From: Candidatus Dormiibacterota bacterium
Lineage (GTDB): Bacteria; Chloroflexota; Dormibacteria; Aeolococcales; Bog-877
Reading direction: 5' to 3'
Assembly: GCA_030038765.1 (NCBI GenBank)
Contig: JASHRA010000022.1
Coordinates: 1-33,489, forward strand
DNA length: 33,489 bases
Part shown: piece by piece, positions 15,937-24,921 of the stretch
Layout: every line of letters starts with the position of its first letter
How positions within the stretch are numbered: position 1 is the first letter of the stretch
Translations under genes and position numbers: made by a program
The notes under the pieces: model-generated
Told to the model about the DNA's origin: nothing
The model's database searches: none
The model's input: only the letters and a program-made list of their open reading frames with translations

Positions 15937-17154
15937 TCAGACCGCCAGGCGGGCCAGCCCGGGGGCCTGGGCCATGGGCTGGCGCAGCGGCTCGGGCCGG
16001 CCCAGGAGGAAGCCCTGCCCGTAGGGCACGCCCAGGCTCCGGAGCGCCGCCAGCTCCTCCCGGGTCTCGATCCCCTCCGCCACTAGGGCGGCGTGGAGGC
16101 TGCCGGAGAGCTCCACCAGGGCCCCGGTCAGGGCCCGGCGCACCGGGTCCTGCTCCAGGTTGGCGATCATGGACCGGTCCAGCTTGATGACGTCGGGCCG
16201 GAGCCGGATCACGTGCTGCAGGCTGGAGATGCCGGCCCCGGTGTCGTCCACCGCCAGGCGGGCGCCCAGGGTGCGCAGCTTGCGCCGCACCTGCTCCACC
16301 AGGTCGTAGTCCTCGACCGAGGCGTGCTCGGTCAGCTCCACGACGATGCGGTCGAAGGCGTGGCCGCGGAGCGTGGCCATCAGCCCCGGGGAGCAGAGCG
16401 TCTCGGGCGAGACGTTGACGCTGAGGTAGGTGCCGGGCGGCAGCAGGGGGATCTTCTCCAGGGCCCGCGCCACCGCCGCCAGCTCCAGCTCGCGGCCGAG
16501 GCCGACGCTGGCGGCCTCGGCGAACCACTCGTCGGGCGGACGCTGGGGCGCGACCGAGAAGCGGGAGAGCGCCTCCACCCCGATCATGCGCTCGCTCCTC
16601 AGGTCCACGATCGGCTGCACGTGGACCTCCCAGCCCGGGCCCGCCAGGAGGGACTCGATGCGGCGCGCGACCCGGGCCCGCTCCGCCTCCGCCAGCTGGC
16701 GGACCCGGCGCTCCTCGGTGATCTCGGACTGGAGTCGGTCGGAGTACTCGGCCAGGCGCTGGTTGAGGGCCCTCGTGTGGAGCAGGTTGCGCACCCGCAG
16801 GACCACCTCGGTGCGGTCCACCGGCTTGGTGAGGAAGTCGTCGGCGCCGCCCTCCAGGGCCCGCTCCCGGGCCCCCCGGGTGTGGTCGGCGGTCATCACC
16901 AGGATGGGCATGAACTCCATGGGCCGGAGCCGGGCCCGCAGCTCGGCCATCAGCTCCGGCGCCTCCAGGCCGGGCATGTGGAGGTCGAGCAGGACCAGGT
17001 CCGGGTTCGAGGTCTGGAAGAGGGGCACGACCCGGTCGGCGCGGCTGGTGCTGACCACCGAGCGGTAGCCGGCCCGGGAGAGGATCGCCTCCAGGAGGCG
17101 CAGGTTGGTCGCCACGTCGTCGGCGATGAGGATCGTCGGCCCGCTGTCAGCCAT
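15937..17154 (-). CDS. Response regulator with EAL domain (REC-EAL c-di-GMP phosphodiesterase)
   Basis: Track ORF 15937..17175; ATG 17154 gives MADSGPTILIADD. The receiver has LLDLHMP and KP. The EAL domain has GVEALSRF, DDTGAG and EGIE motifs. Confidence 0.85.
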   Translation of the reverse strand: MADSGPTILIADDVATNLRLLEAILSRAGYRSVVSTSRADRVVPLFQTSNPDLVLLDLHMPGLEAPELMAELRARLRPMEFMPILVMTADHTRGARERALEGGADDFLTKPVDRTEVVLRVRNLLHTRALNQRLAEYSDRLQSEITEERRVRQLAEAERARVARRIESLLAGPGWEVHVQPIVDLRSERMIGVEALSRFSVAPQRPPDEWFAEAASVGLGRELELAAVARALEKIPLLPPGTYLSVNVSPETLCSPGLMATLRGHAFDRIVVELTEHASVEDYDLVEQVRRKLRTLGARLAVDDTGAGISSLQHVIRLRPDVIKLDRSMIANLEQDPVRRALTGALVELSGSLHAALVAEGIETREELAALRSLGVPYGQGFLLGRPEPLRQPMAQAPGLARLAV

Positions 17155-17548
17155 CGGCAAACTCCCGCCCGTCACCCACGTAGCAGGCGATCCGCTCCAG
17201 CAGCTGGGCCGGGTGGAGCGGCTTGGGGATGAACTCGTCGCAGCCGGCCTCGGCGATGGCGGCCTGGTCCTGGGGCAGGACGCTGGCGCTCACCGCGATC
17301 AGGGGCACGGCCCGGGTGCTGGGACGGGAGCGCAGCTCGCGGGCCAGGTCGAGCCCGCTGCCGTCGGGGAGCCGCACGTCGAGCAGGACCAGGTCCGGGG
17401 TCTCTGCCGTGAGCCGCTCCCGGGCCTCGCCCAGGCTGGTGGCGGCCAGCACCCGGCAGCGCCGCCGGGCCAGGATGGCCCGGGTCAGGATCATGTTGCG
17501 GGGGTCGTCCTCCACCACCAGGATGGCGGGCGCCTGGGCCTCAGACAC
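17147..17548 (-). CDS. Single-domain response regulator (CheY-like receiver)
   Basis: 133 aa with a GTG start overlapping the kinase stop by 8 nt. Motifs: VVEDD, LVLLDVRLPDGSG, FIPKP. Confidence 0.85.
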   Translation of the reverse strand: MSEAQAPAILVVEDDPRNMILTRAILARRRCRVLAATSLGEARERLTAETPDLVLLDVRLPDGSGLDLARELRSRPSTRAVPLIAVSASVLPQDQAAIAEAGCDEFIPKPLHPAQLLERIACYVGDGREFADG

Positions 17549-20075
17549 GCTCCAGCACCGGCGCCTCCCCGGAGGCCCGGGAGAGCCAGCCGGAGAGTCC
17601 CTGGAGCGCGCCGTCGCCCTTCTCGACCACCGCCAGCACGTGCCCGCGCAGGCGCTCCCTGTCCGCCTCGCTGATCTCGGCGGCGGAGACCACGATGACC
17701 GGGATCCGGCTGGTGCGCTCCTCCGCCCGGAGCCGGCTCAGCACCTCGAAGCCGTCCAGGTCCGGCATCAGCAGGTCGAGGAGGATGCAGTCGGGGCGGA
17801 GCTCCCTGGCCAGGCGCAGGCCCTCGGCCCCTCCGGCGGCGCCCACCACCTCGGTGTCGGGCGCGCTCAGCGAGGCCTGGTAGAGGCGCAGGGCGCTGGG
17901 GTCGTCGTCGATGCCCAGCACCAGTCGCTTCCCGGCGGCCCGGCCGTGCTCGCTCTCGAGCCGCGCCAGCGCCTGGAGCAGCTGCCCCCGGTTGATCGGC
18001 TTGACCAGGTAGTCGACGGCCCCCAGGGCCAGGCCCAGCTCCCGGTTCTCGACCACCGAGACCACCAGCACCGGGATCTCCCGCGTGGCCGGGTCGGCCT
18101 TCAGCCGGTTCAGCACCTGCCAGCCGTCGATGCCGTCCAGGAGGATGTCCAGGAGGATGGCGAGGTAGCCGCCGGAGGCGGCCCGGGCCAGCCCCTCCTC
18201 GCCGCTGCTGATCCGGTCCACGGAGTAGCCGGCGCCGTGTAGGTAGATCTCGAGCAGCCGGCTGGCGGTGTCGTCGTCCTCGATCACCAGCACCCTCCTC
18301 CCCGAGCGGCCCTCGACCGCCGGGCCAGCGGCGGGCGCTGGGGGCGCGACGGGCGGCGGGGTGAGCGGCAGCCGGACCGTGAACTCGCTCCCCCGACCCG
18401 GCTCGGAGCGGAGCTCGAGGCGGCCGCCGTGGAGCTCCACCAGGCGACGGGTCAGGGCCAGGCCGAGCCCGGTTCCCTCCGTCTGCTCCGCCGCCAGCTT
18501 GCCCTGGACGAAGGCCTCGAAGATCCGCTCCTGGTCCTCGGGGGCGATGCCCGGGCCGGTGTCGCTGACGGCCCAGCTGATGCTCTCCGCCTCGACCCCG
18601 ATCCGGAGCCGGACGGAGCCCCCCTCGGGGGTGAACTTGATGGCGTTGGAGAGCAGGTTGTAGGCGATCTGCCGGAAGCGGCCGGGATCGACCCGTGCCG
18701 GCAGCGAGGCGGGCGCCTCCACCTGGAGCCGGACGCGCTTGCGCGCCGCCACCGGCTCCATCGACTGGAGCGTCTCGGCGCTGAGCTGGGCCAGGTCCAG
18801 CTCCTCGGGACGGAGCTCCAGCCGCCCCGCCTCCACCTTGGAGAGGTCGAGCACGTCGTTGATCAGGTCGAGCAGGTGCATGCCGGCGTCACGGATGTGG
18901 CCGGCGAACTCCGTCGTCAGCTCGGCGTCGCCGGCCTCGGCGGGGTCCAGGAGCAGCTCGGAGAAGCCGATCACGGCGTTGAGGGGAGTGCGCAGCTCGT
19001 GGCTCATGGCGGCCAGGAACTCGCTCTTGGCGGCGCTGGCCCGGGCGAGCTCCTGGTTGGCCCGGCGCAGGTCGTCGGCGAGGCGGTAGCGGGCGGCCAC
19101 CTGGAGCGCCAGGGCGCCGCAGTTCTCGATCAGGGCGAGGTCGTCGTCGACGAAGAGGGGGTCACCGCTGAGGCGGCAGACCACGGTCGCGCCGGGGCCA
19201 GTCTCGGGGCCGCAGCGGACCCTCACCTCGGTGCCCTCTCGGCCCGAGACCTCAGCCGCCTCGGGCAGGGAGCCGACCCCGGCGGCCCGGACCGGGCCCG
19301 AGCCGTCGGCCCGGTCGACCAGGACCAGCACCGACTCGGAGCCGCTGATGGCGGCCGCGGCGTCGGCCAGGCGGTGCCAGACCTGCTCCGCCCCGCCCCC
19401 GCTCTCCTCGTTCAGCTCGCGCACGAAGCCGTAGGCGACGGCGCGGCGTCCCAGCTCCCGGGCCAGGCGGGGCGGGACGAAGGCGAAGAGGTAGCCCAGC
19501 GCCGCCGCCAGGGCCACCGCCTGGTCGAGGCCGCTGAGGGCATCGCCCAGGAGGCCCCGGGCCCGGAAGGCGGTGAGCAGGATGGCGGCCCCGAAGAGGC
19601 CGCTGGCCAGGGCCGCCGTCCCCATCCGGGCCCGGGCCACGCCGGCCCGGCGCCGCGCCTCCCGGGCCAGGTAGAAGGTGGCCAGGCCCTCGGTGGCGAT
19701 GAAGTAGAGGACCACGGGCAGCACCGCCAGCACGTCCCACGGCTTGGCCGCACCGTGCCCCAGGCAGTAGAGCCCGACCACCAGCAGCAGCCCGAGCAGG
19801 GGCCAGCGCTGGGCCCGGATCGGCAGCCGCCGGAAGTGGGCCACGACGCGGAGGGTGAGGAAGGGCTGGGCCGCCAGCAGGGCCACCGCCAGGTCCCCCG
19901 TGGTGGTGGCGCCCCCCGGCAGCAGCGGGCGCAGGAACCCCAGTGCCAGCAGCAGGGCCACCGAGCCGAAGACGGCGGCCACGTCGCGCTCCAGCGGGCG
20001 CCGACGGCGCAGGAAGCTGACCAGGGTGGCCAGGAAGATGCCGTAGAAGGCCAGCTCCAGGACCGCGATCAGCAC
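17541..20075 (-). CDS. Membrane-bound hybrid sensor histidine kinase (multi-TM N-terminus, HisKA, HATPase_c, two REC domains)
   Basis: Track ORF 17541..20348; GTG 20075 follows SD GAGGG with 6-nt spacing and immediately precedes the first TM helix. H-box MSHELRTPLN, N/G boxes (NLLSNAIKFT, DTGPGI, GTGLGLAL), then two receivers (VLVIEDDD...LLDILL...LVKP and VLGIDDD...ILLDLLMPDLDG). The start is uncertain. Confidence 0.85.
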   Translation of the reverse strand: MLIAVLELAFYGIFLATLVSFLRRRRPLERDVAAVFGSVALLLALGFLRPLLPGGATTTGDLAVALLAAQPFLTLRVVAHFRRLPIRAQRWPLLGLLLVVGLYCLGHGAAKPWDVLAVLPVVLYFIATEGLATFYLAREARRRAGVARARMGTAALASGLFGAAILLTAFRARGLLGDALSGLDQAVALAAALGYLFAFVPPRLARELGRRAVAYGFVRELNEESGGGAEQVWHRLADAAAAISGSESVLVLVDRADGSGPVRAAGVGSLPEAAEVSGREGTEVRVRCGPETGPGATVVCRLSGDPLFVDDDLALIENCGALALQVAARYRLADDLRRANQELARASAAKSEFLAAMSHELRTPLNAVIGFSELLLDPAEAGDAELTTEFAGHIRDAGMHLLDLINDVLDLSKVEAGRLELRPEELDLAQLSAETLQSMEPVAARKRVRLQVEAPASLPARVDPGRFRQIAYNLLSNAIKFTPEGGSVRLRIGVEAESISWAVSDTGPGIAPEDQERIFEAFVQGKLAAEQTEGTGLGLALTRRLVELHGGRLELRSEPGRGSEFTVRLPLTPPPVAPPAPAAGPAVEGRSGRRVLVIEDDDTASRLLEIYLHGAGYSVDRISSGEEGLARAASGGYLAILLDILLDGIDGWQVLNRLKADPATREIPVLVVSVVENRELGLALGAVDYLVKPINRGQLLQALARLESEHGRAAGKRLVLGIDDDPSALRLYQASLSAPDTEVVGAAGGAEGLRLARELRPDCILLDLLMPDLDGFEVLSRLRAEERTSRIPVIVVSAAEISEADRERLRGHVLAVVEKGDGALQGLSGWLSRASGEAPVLERV

Positions 20076-20397
20076 CGGGCGCCCTCGTGGCCCGCCCGCG
20101 GGGCGGCCTCCAGCCTTCGGCGCCCGCCGGGCGGGCGCTGCCGCACCTCCCCCGCTCCGGGTCTCTGACCCAGCTGCATGTCGAGGGCCTCCGCCGCGGA
20201 TGGGCCCATTGGGCCGGTCGGCACACCCGCTCGCGCTTCGAGGATGGACCCGGGATCGCCCACCGCGAGTGAACAGGAGCACCAGTTTCGGCAACGCTCC
20301 GGTTCCGCCCCTGCAACGGGCCCGCCCGAGCTCGCCCCCCGGGAGCATCGGGCCGCCCCTACCATCGACTCCGACGCCGGGCTCGAAGGAGGCACGG

Positions 20398-21156
20398 ATG
20401 AAGCGGCTCTACCCCCTCTTCCTGGGCGAGGCCTGCTGCGACAAGGAGGTGATCTCGCCCGGGGTCAGCGACGGCCAGCGGGTCCACATCCCCATCGCCG
20501 GCTACCTCGTGGCCACCGACGCCGGCCGCCGGGTGCTGGTCGACACCGGCATCCACCGCAGCCACATCGAGGACCCCGACCGCACCTTCGGAGGCACCGA
20601 GTTCGCGGCCAAGCTGCGGCCCGCGATGCGGCTGGAGGACACGGTAGACGCCCGCCTCGCCCCCCTCGGCCTGCGCGCCGGCGACGTCACCGACGTCGTC
20701 AACACCCACCTCCACTTCGACCACGCCGGCAACAACGACGCCTTTGCCGGCGCCCGCTTCTGGGTGCAGCGCTCCCACTACCAGGCGGCGCTGGACAACC
20801 CCGCCTTCCCCAACCAGTACTGGCGCATCGAGGGGCTGCACTACGAGCTCCTGGACGGGGAGACCGATCTCGGGGACGGGATCTCGGTCTTCCCCACCCC
20901 GGGCCACGCCCCGGGGCACCAGTCGGTGCTGGTGCGGCTCGACAGCGGCCTCAACCTGATCCTCTGCGGGGACGCCATCTACGAGCAGGACAACCTCACC
21001 CACGACGCCTGGGAGGGGCACGCGGACCCGGCCCAGGCCCGGGAGAGCGCCCTCCTGCTGGTGGAGCGGGGACGCCGGCTGGGGGCCACCCTGGTCTACG
21101 GCCACGACGCCCGCCAGTGGGCCCAGCTGCGCCGCTCTCCCGCCTTCTACGAGTGA
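20398..21156 (+). CDS. Metallo-beta-lactamase-fold protein, N-acyl-homoserine-lactonase (AiiA-like) family
   Basis: Track ORF 20200..21156; ATG 20398 follows SD GAAGGAGG. HLHFDHAG (HxHxDH) is present, and the length of 252 aa is typical. Confidence 0.8.
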   Translation: MKRLYPLFLGEACCDKEVISPGVSDGQRVHIPIAGYLVATDAGRRVLVDTGIHRSHIEDPDRTFGGTEFAAKLRPAMRLEDTVDARLAPLGLRAGDVTDVVNTHLHFDHAGNNDAFAGARFWVQRSHYQAALDNPAFPNQYWRIEGLHYELLDGETDLGDGISVFPTPGHAPGHQSVLVRLDSGLNLILCGDAIYEQDNLTHDAWEGHADPAQARESALLLVERGRRLGATLVYGHDARQWAQLRRSPAFYE

Positions 21157-21178
21157 CCGCGGGGCGGCTCGCCCGGGC

Positions 21179-22168
21179 TCAGCTCCAGGCCAGGCCGGAG
21201 CGCTCCGACCAGTAGTCCTGGGCCGGCCGGGCCAGTACCCGGAGCCCGTCCAGGTCCGAGCCGGAGAGGCTCAGCCGCACCGCCCCGGCGTTGCTCCGCA
21301 GCTGCTCCAGCGTCACCGCGCCGGAGAGGACCACGTCGGACCAGGGCTGGGCCAGGGCCACGGCCAGGGCGAGCGCGTCCGGGGAGGTACGGTGGGCCCG
21401 GGCCAGCTCCCGCAGTGGCTCCAGCCCCCGCTCCCCGGGCAGCAGCAGGCGGCCGTTGGCCATGGCCTCCTTGACCAGCACCCCCCAGCCCCTCGCGTGG
21501 GCCTCGGCCAGGGCCGGCCCGGCGGAGGGCTCGAGCGGGTTCCAGGTGGCCTGGACCACGGAGAAGGGGTTGCGCCCCTCCAGCTCCACGGCCAGGGCGC
21601 GCCGGATCACCTCGGCCTGGCGGGGACCGCTGACCGAGAGCCCCACGGCCAGGCCCTCGTCGCTGAGACGGAGCAGCTCACCCAGCACCTCGGGGTCCTC
21701 CAGCACGCCGCTCTCGAGGGTGGCCGAGTGGATCTCGTAGAGGTTGAGGTTGGGGCCGAGGATCCGACGGCTCTCCAGCTGCTGGCGGCGCAGGGTGGAG
21801 AGGGAGTGGTCCTTCACCTCGTGCACGGGGGCGTCCATGCGCCAGTCGCCGACGTACGTGTAACCCCACTTGGAGCCGCAGGTGACCGGCTCGGGCAGGG
21901 GCTGACGCGCCTTCAGCCAGGAACCGAGGAACTCCTCCGCCCGGCCGTAGGAGCGGGCCACGTCGAAGTAGCGCAGGCCCAGGCGGTAGGCCTCGTCGAG
22001 CAGCTCGTGGGCGCGCCGGCGGAGATCCTCGAGGCTGCGCCCCGGGGGCAGGTCGGCGGCCCGACCGAGGTTGATGTAGGCGGGCCGGCCGATGGCGGCC
22101 AGTCCCAGCCCGAGGGGCGTGACCCAAAGTCCGCTGCGGCCCAGGCGGGTTCTCTCCAAGGGCTCCAA
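21179..22168 (-). CDS. Aldo/keto reductase
   Basis: 329 aa with a TTG start. The sequence LGRSGLWVTPLGLG...YFDVARSYG is typical of AKR N-termini. Confidence 0.85.
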   Translation of the reverse strand: MEPLERTRLGRSGLWVTPLGLGLAAIGRPAYINLGRAADLPPGRSLEDLRRRAHELLDEAYRLGLRYFDVARSYGRAEEFLGSWLKARQPLPEPVTCGSKWGYTYVGDWRMDAPVHEVKDHSLSTLRRQQLESRRILGPNLNLYEIHSATLESGVLEDPEVLGELLRLSDEGLAVGLSVSGPRQAEVIRRALAVELEGRNPFSVVQATWNPLEPSAGPALAEAHARGWGVLVKEAMANGRLLLPGERGLEPLRELARAHRTSPDALALAVALAQPWSDVVLSGAVTLEQLRSNAGAVRLSLSGSDLDGLRVLARPAQDYWSERSGLAWS

Positions 22169-22203
22169 TCTACCCGGCCGGCGGGGCGGAGACGGACGCT
22201 GTG

Positions 22204-22217
22204 ATTCTGGTCAGAAT
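22204..22217. promoter_or_regulatory. Palindrome ATTCTG-gt-CAGAAT in the divergent AKR/deacetylase intergenic region (operator and/or face-to-face -10 boxes)
   Basis: Perfect 6+6 inverted repeat, and the only A/T-rich patch in the 90-bp spacer. It reads CAGAAT toward both genes. Confidence 0.3.
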
Positions 22218-22258
22218 GGTCGGCGCGGGTTCCGTCCCGCGCGCTGCTGGAGAGGCCG

Positions 22259-23626
22259 ATGACGACTCCCAAGCTATCCGCGCTGGTTCTGGCGCTGGCC
22301 CTGGCGCTCGGGTTGGGGGCCGCCCAGACGGGTCCGGCGCGCGTCGCGCAGCCCGCCCGGGCCGTCCGCCACGAGCGCAGCGACGCGCCCGAGGTGGCCC
22401 AGGAGGCCGCCGAGCGGCTGGCCAGCCAGTTCATGACCCAGCTGCTGGCCCGTCGCTACCGGGCCCAGTGGGGCGAGCTGGCCCCCCTGGCCCAGGCGCT
22501 CTGGCCCTCGGAGCAGGCCCGGGACACCATGCTGGCGGCCAAGTTCCAGGGCGCGGCCAGCCCCATCTCCTTCCGCCTCGGCCGCCTCCGCCGGGAGGCC
22601 GGCTGGACCAGCCCGGAGGACCCCGGGGCGAGCGTCGGCGGCGTCTACGAGATCCCGGTCTCGCTCACCTTCGCCGATCCCTCGAAGGTGGGCCCGCCCG
22701 GGGTGGTGGCCGACTACCAGTCGAGCGGGCTGGTGGTGGCCAGGACCCGGCTCCTGCTGGGGCCACAGCTGCTGCCCCGGGGCGGGCAGGTCTTCGGACT
22801 GAGGCTGGTGGGCGAGGGCCCGGCCGCGGTCGACTCACCCATCATCACCCCCGCCCACGCCCCGGCGGAGACGGCCAGCGTCCCCATCGTCATGTACCAC
22901 CTGGTCGGCCCCTTCCCGGTGCGGGCCGCCTACGCCAGCGTCTACAGCTACGACATCGACTACGAGCTGACGGTGACCCCGGCCCAGTTCCAGGGGGAGA
23001 TCGGCTACCTGGTGGCCCAGGGCTACACCGCGATCTCCCTGGACCGGCTCATGGACCACCTCGACTACGGCCTCCCGCTGCCCCCCCGGGCCGTGATCCT
23101 GACCTTCGACGACGGCTTCCTCAGCGAGTACCAGTACGCCGTCCCGGTGCTGCGCCGGGCCGGCTTCACGGCCACCTTCTTCCCCTGCAGCGGCCTGATC
23201 GGGATCACCAACGGGCACGAGGCCTACATGACCGCGGCCGACCTGCGCCAGCTGAGCCAGGGCGGCTTCGCCATCGAGGACCACACCTACAACGACGGGA
23301 CCTCGCTCTGGAGCCGGAGCCAGGCCCAGATCGACTACCTGGCCGGGAGCACCGCCAGCCAGCTGGAGGCCATCACCGGGCAGCCGATCCAGTTCATCGC
23401 CTACAGCGGACTCTGGCCCTACCGCTCCGGCACCCAGGTGGGGCCGGGGGAGCGGCAGCTCTTCTCCGAGCTGGCCCCCCTCGGCTACGTCGGCGGCCTG
23501 GAGGACGACTGGCTGCCCGGCTCCCCCTGGCAGGAGAGCGGGGCCCAGCCCTGGGAGCTGCCCCGGCTGCGCGCCTGGCCCAACGAGTCCCTCGCCTCCT
23601 ACGCCTCCGTCCTCGCCTACGGCTGA
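22259..23626 (+). CDS. Secreted polysaccharide deacetylase (NodB homology domain) with an N-terminal domain of unknown function
   Basis: 455 aa with a signal peptide (MTTPKLSALVLALALALGLGAAQ). NodB motif ILTFDDG is followed by later His motifs. G/C third positions are strong to the very end. Confidence 0.8.
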   Translation: MTTPKLSALVLALALALGLGAAQTGPARVAQPARAVRHERSDAPEVAQEAAERLASQFMTQLLARRYRAQWGELAPLAQALWPSEQARDTMLAAKFQGAASPISFRLGRLRREAGWTSPEDPGASVGGVYEIPVSLTFADPSKVGPPGVVADYQSSGLVVARTRLLLGPQLLPRGGQVFGLRLVGEGPAAVDSPIITPAHAPAETASVPIVMYHLVGPFPVRAAYASVYSYDIDYELTVTPAQFQGEIGYLVAQGYTAISLDRLMDHLDYGLPLPPRAVILTFDDGFLSEYQYAVPVLRRAGFTATFFPCSGLIGITNGHEAYMTAADLRQLSQGGFAIEDHTYNDGTSLWSRSQAQIDYLAGSTASQLEAITGQPIQFIAYSGLWPYRSGTQVGPGERQLFSELAPLGYVGGLEDDWLPGSPWQESGAQPWELPRLRAWPNESLASYASVLAYG

Positions 23627-24451
23627 GCCCGCAGCGGCGCCGGCCAGGACGACGTCGCTGGCGCGCAGCACCCGCTCCGCGGCCGAGGTGACCAGGCGGG
23701 CCGCCTCGGGCCCGCCCCCGGCCCAGCTGGCCAGGTAGCCGAAGCTGTAGTCGCCGCTGTCGATGCCGAGCTCGCTGCAGCTCACGTAGGCGACGCTCTC
23801 CGCCTCCAGCTCGGCGAGGGCCCGGCCGCCGCGGAAGTCGCGCCCGTGGAGCACGGCGTGACCCAGCTCGTGGGCCAGGGTCTTGACCTGGTGCGCCGGG
23901 GACAGCTCCGAGCCGATCCGGATCCGCCGCAGGGCATGGGAGCAGTCCCCGTTGCGCCCGCCCCAGAGGGGCGTGAGCTGGACCTCGAAGCCGAGCTCCC
24001 GGGCGCGGGCCAGCAGGGGCCCGAGGTGCTGGCTGGGTCCGCTGAGCGCCCGCACCGGGGTGGGCAGGTCCCGGCCCTCGGTCTGCTCCAGGTCGAAGAC
24101 GTGGGCCACGCGGAAGCCGATCAGCTCCGGAGCCTGGTCCTCGTCTTGGTCCGGGATTGCCCGCAGGCAGGGGGCGAGGATGCGGATGGCCTGCTCGCCC
24201 CGGCGCACCTGGCGACCCAGGCGCCGCCAGGTCTGGTAGCCGGCCACCCAGCTGGCTCCGGGGCGCTGGCTCAGGATCAGTACCTGGTTCTGGAAGCTGT
24301 AGTGGCGGAAGTGGCGGCTGGCCCGGAGCCAGGCGGCCCAGGCGGGAGAGGCGGTGAGCGCCAGGACACCCTCCCGGAGCCGGTCCAAGAGCTCCCCCCT
24401 GGCCCCCGAGCCGCCCTCCGCGGACCATCCCCCGCCGGCCGACGCGCTCAC
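22835..24451 (-). CDS. ArdC-like protein (ssDNA-binding ArdC_N/DUF1738 + HExxH zincin domain); only 23629..24451 looks genuinely coding
   Basis: N-terminal YSFQNQVLILSQRPGASWVAGYQTWRRLGRQVRRGEQAIRILAP, then the metalloprotease motif HELGHAVLH. After residue ~275 the frame has no stop and continues antisense through the deacetylase gene to 22835, with degraded third-position G/C bias. Confidence 0.6.
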   Translation of the reverse strand: MSASAGGGWSAEGGSGARGELLDRLREGVLALTASPAWAAWLRASRHFRHYSFQNQVLILSQRPGASWVAGYQTWRRLGRQVRRGEQAIRILAPCLRAIPDQDEDQAPELIGFRVAHVFDLEQTEGRDLPTPVRALSGPSQHLGPLLARARELGFEVQLTPLWGGRNGDCSHALRRIRIGSELSPAHQVKTLAHELGHAVLHGRDFRGGRALAELEAESVAYVSCSELGIDSGDYSFGYLASWAGGGPEAARLVTSAAERVLRASDVVLAGAAAGSAVGEDGGVGGEGLVGPGAQPGQLPGLGPALLPGGAGQPVVLQAADVAEGGQLGEELPLPRPHLGAGAVGPESAVGDELDRLPGDGLQLAGGAPGQVVDLGLAPAPERGPVVVGVVLDGEAALAQLAQVGRGHVGLVPVGDPDQAAAGEEGGREAGPAQHRDGVLVLAEEAVVEGQDHGPGGQREAVVEVVHEPVQGDRGVALGHQVADLPLELGRGHRQLVVDVVAVDAGVGGPHREGADQVVHDDGDAGRLRRGVGGGDDG

Positions 24452-24543
24452 GGCAGGCTAGTCCGTCCAGCCCCCGACGCCGGGGACCCCGGGCCCAGAG
24501 CCGCGACTGTCCTCGGCTCAAACGGGCTCCGGGGAGCGCCGCC

Positions 24544-24870
24544 TCAGCCGGCGGAGGTCGCCGAGCCGGCCCCGATCAGGGGACCGCGCCCCTCGGAGGC
24601 GGCCAGCTGCCGCCCATCCTCCTCGTGCTCCGCGGCGATGCGGTAGGCATCCTCGAGCAGGCGCAGACGCGCCTCCAGACGGGCGACCGCGCCCAGCGCA
24701 GCGAGCGCCAGCTCCCTTCCCTGGGCGTCGGGAAAGTGACCGAGGCCGGCCGTGGTGGCGGTGAGGGCGGCCGAGGCCTGGTGGCACGAGTCGAGCGACT
24801 GCAGCAAACGGGAGCGCTCGGCGGCGTAGGCCACGATTCCCATAGCGGGGGAAGCCGGTCTCGGTTTCAC
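24544..24870 (-). CDS. Hypothetical small helical protein upstream of the ArdC-like gene
   Basis: 108 aa with a GTG start preceded by SD GAGGAGG (5-nt spacing). G/C third positions. No family recognised. Confidence 0.5.
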   Translation of the reverse strand: MKPRPASPAMGIVAYAAERSRLLQSLDSCHQASAALTATTAGLGHFPDAQGRELALAALGAVARLEARLRLLEDAYRIAAEHEEDGRQLAASEGRGPLIGAGSATSAG

Positions 24871-24908
24871 TCGGGCCTCCTCGGGGTCCGCTCAGGGCAA
24901 CCGGGGCG

Positions 24909-24914
24909 CATAAT
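24909..24914 (+). promoter_or_regulatory. Candidate -10 box CATAAT for a leaderless marR transcript
   Basis: CATAAT plus 7 nt precedes GTG 24922, with no SD. It is an A/T-rich patch in otherwise GC-rich DNA. Confidence 0.35.
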
Positions 24915-24921
24915 TAGATGG

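Noticed and set aside
20076-20397. ~320-bp untranslated spacer between the hybrid kinase and the lactonase-like gene as a riboswitch or sRNA (e.g. a c-di-GMP riboswitch, given the EAL operon)
   Set aside because: I could not recognise any known riboswitch core on either strand. The spacer length also depends on the uncertain kinase start (the frame is open to 20348). An Rfam scan would settle it.
20200-20397. N-terminal extensions of the lactonase-like ORF (from 20200) and the kinase ORF (to 20348)
   Set aside because: The extensions are Arg/Pro/Gly-rich and lack coding bias. Good SDs (GAAGGAGG, GAGGG) precede the internal starts, which also match normal family N-termini.
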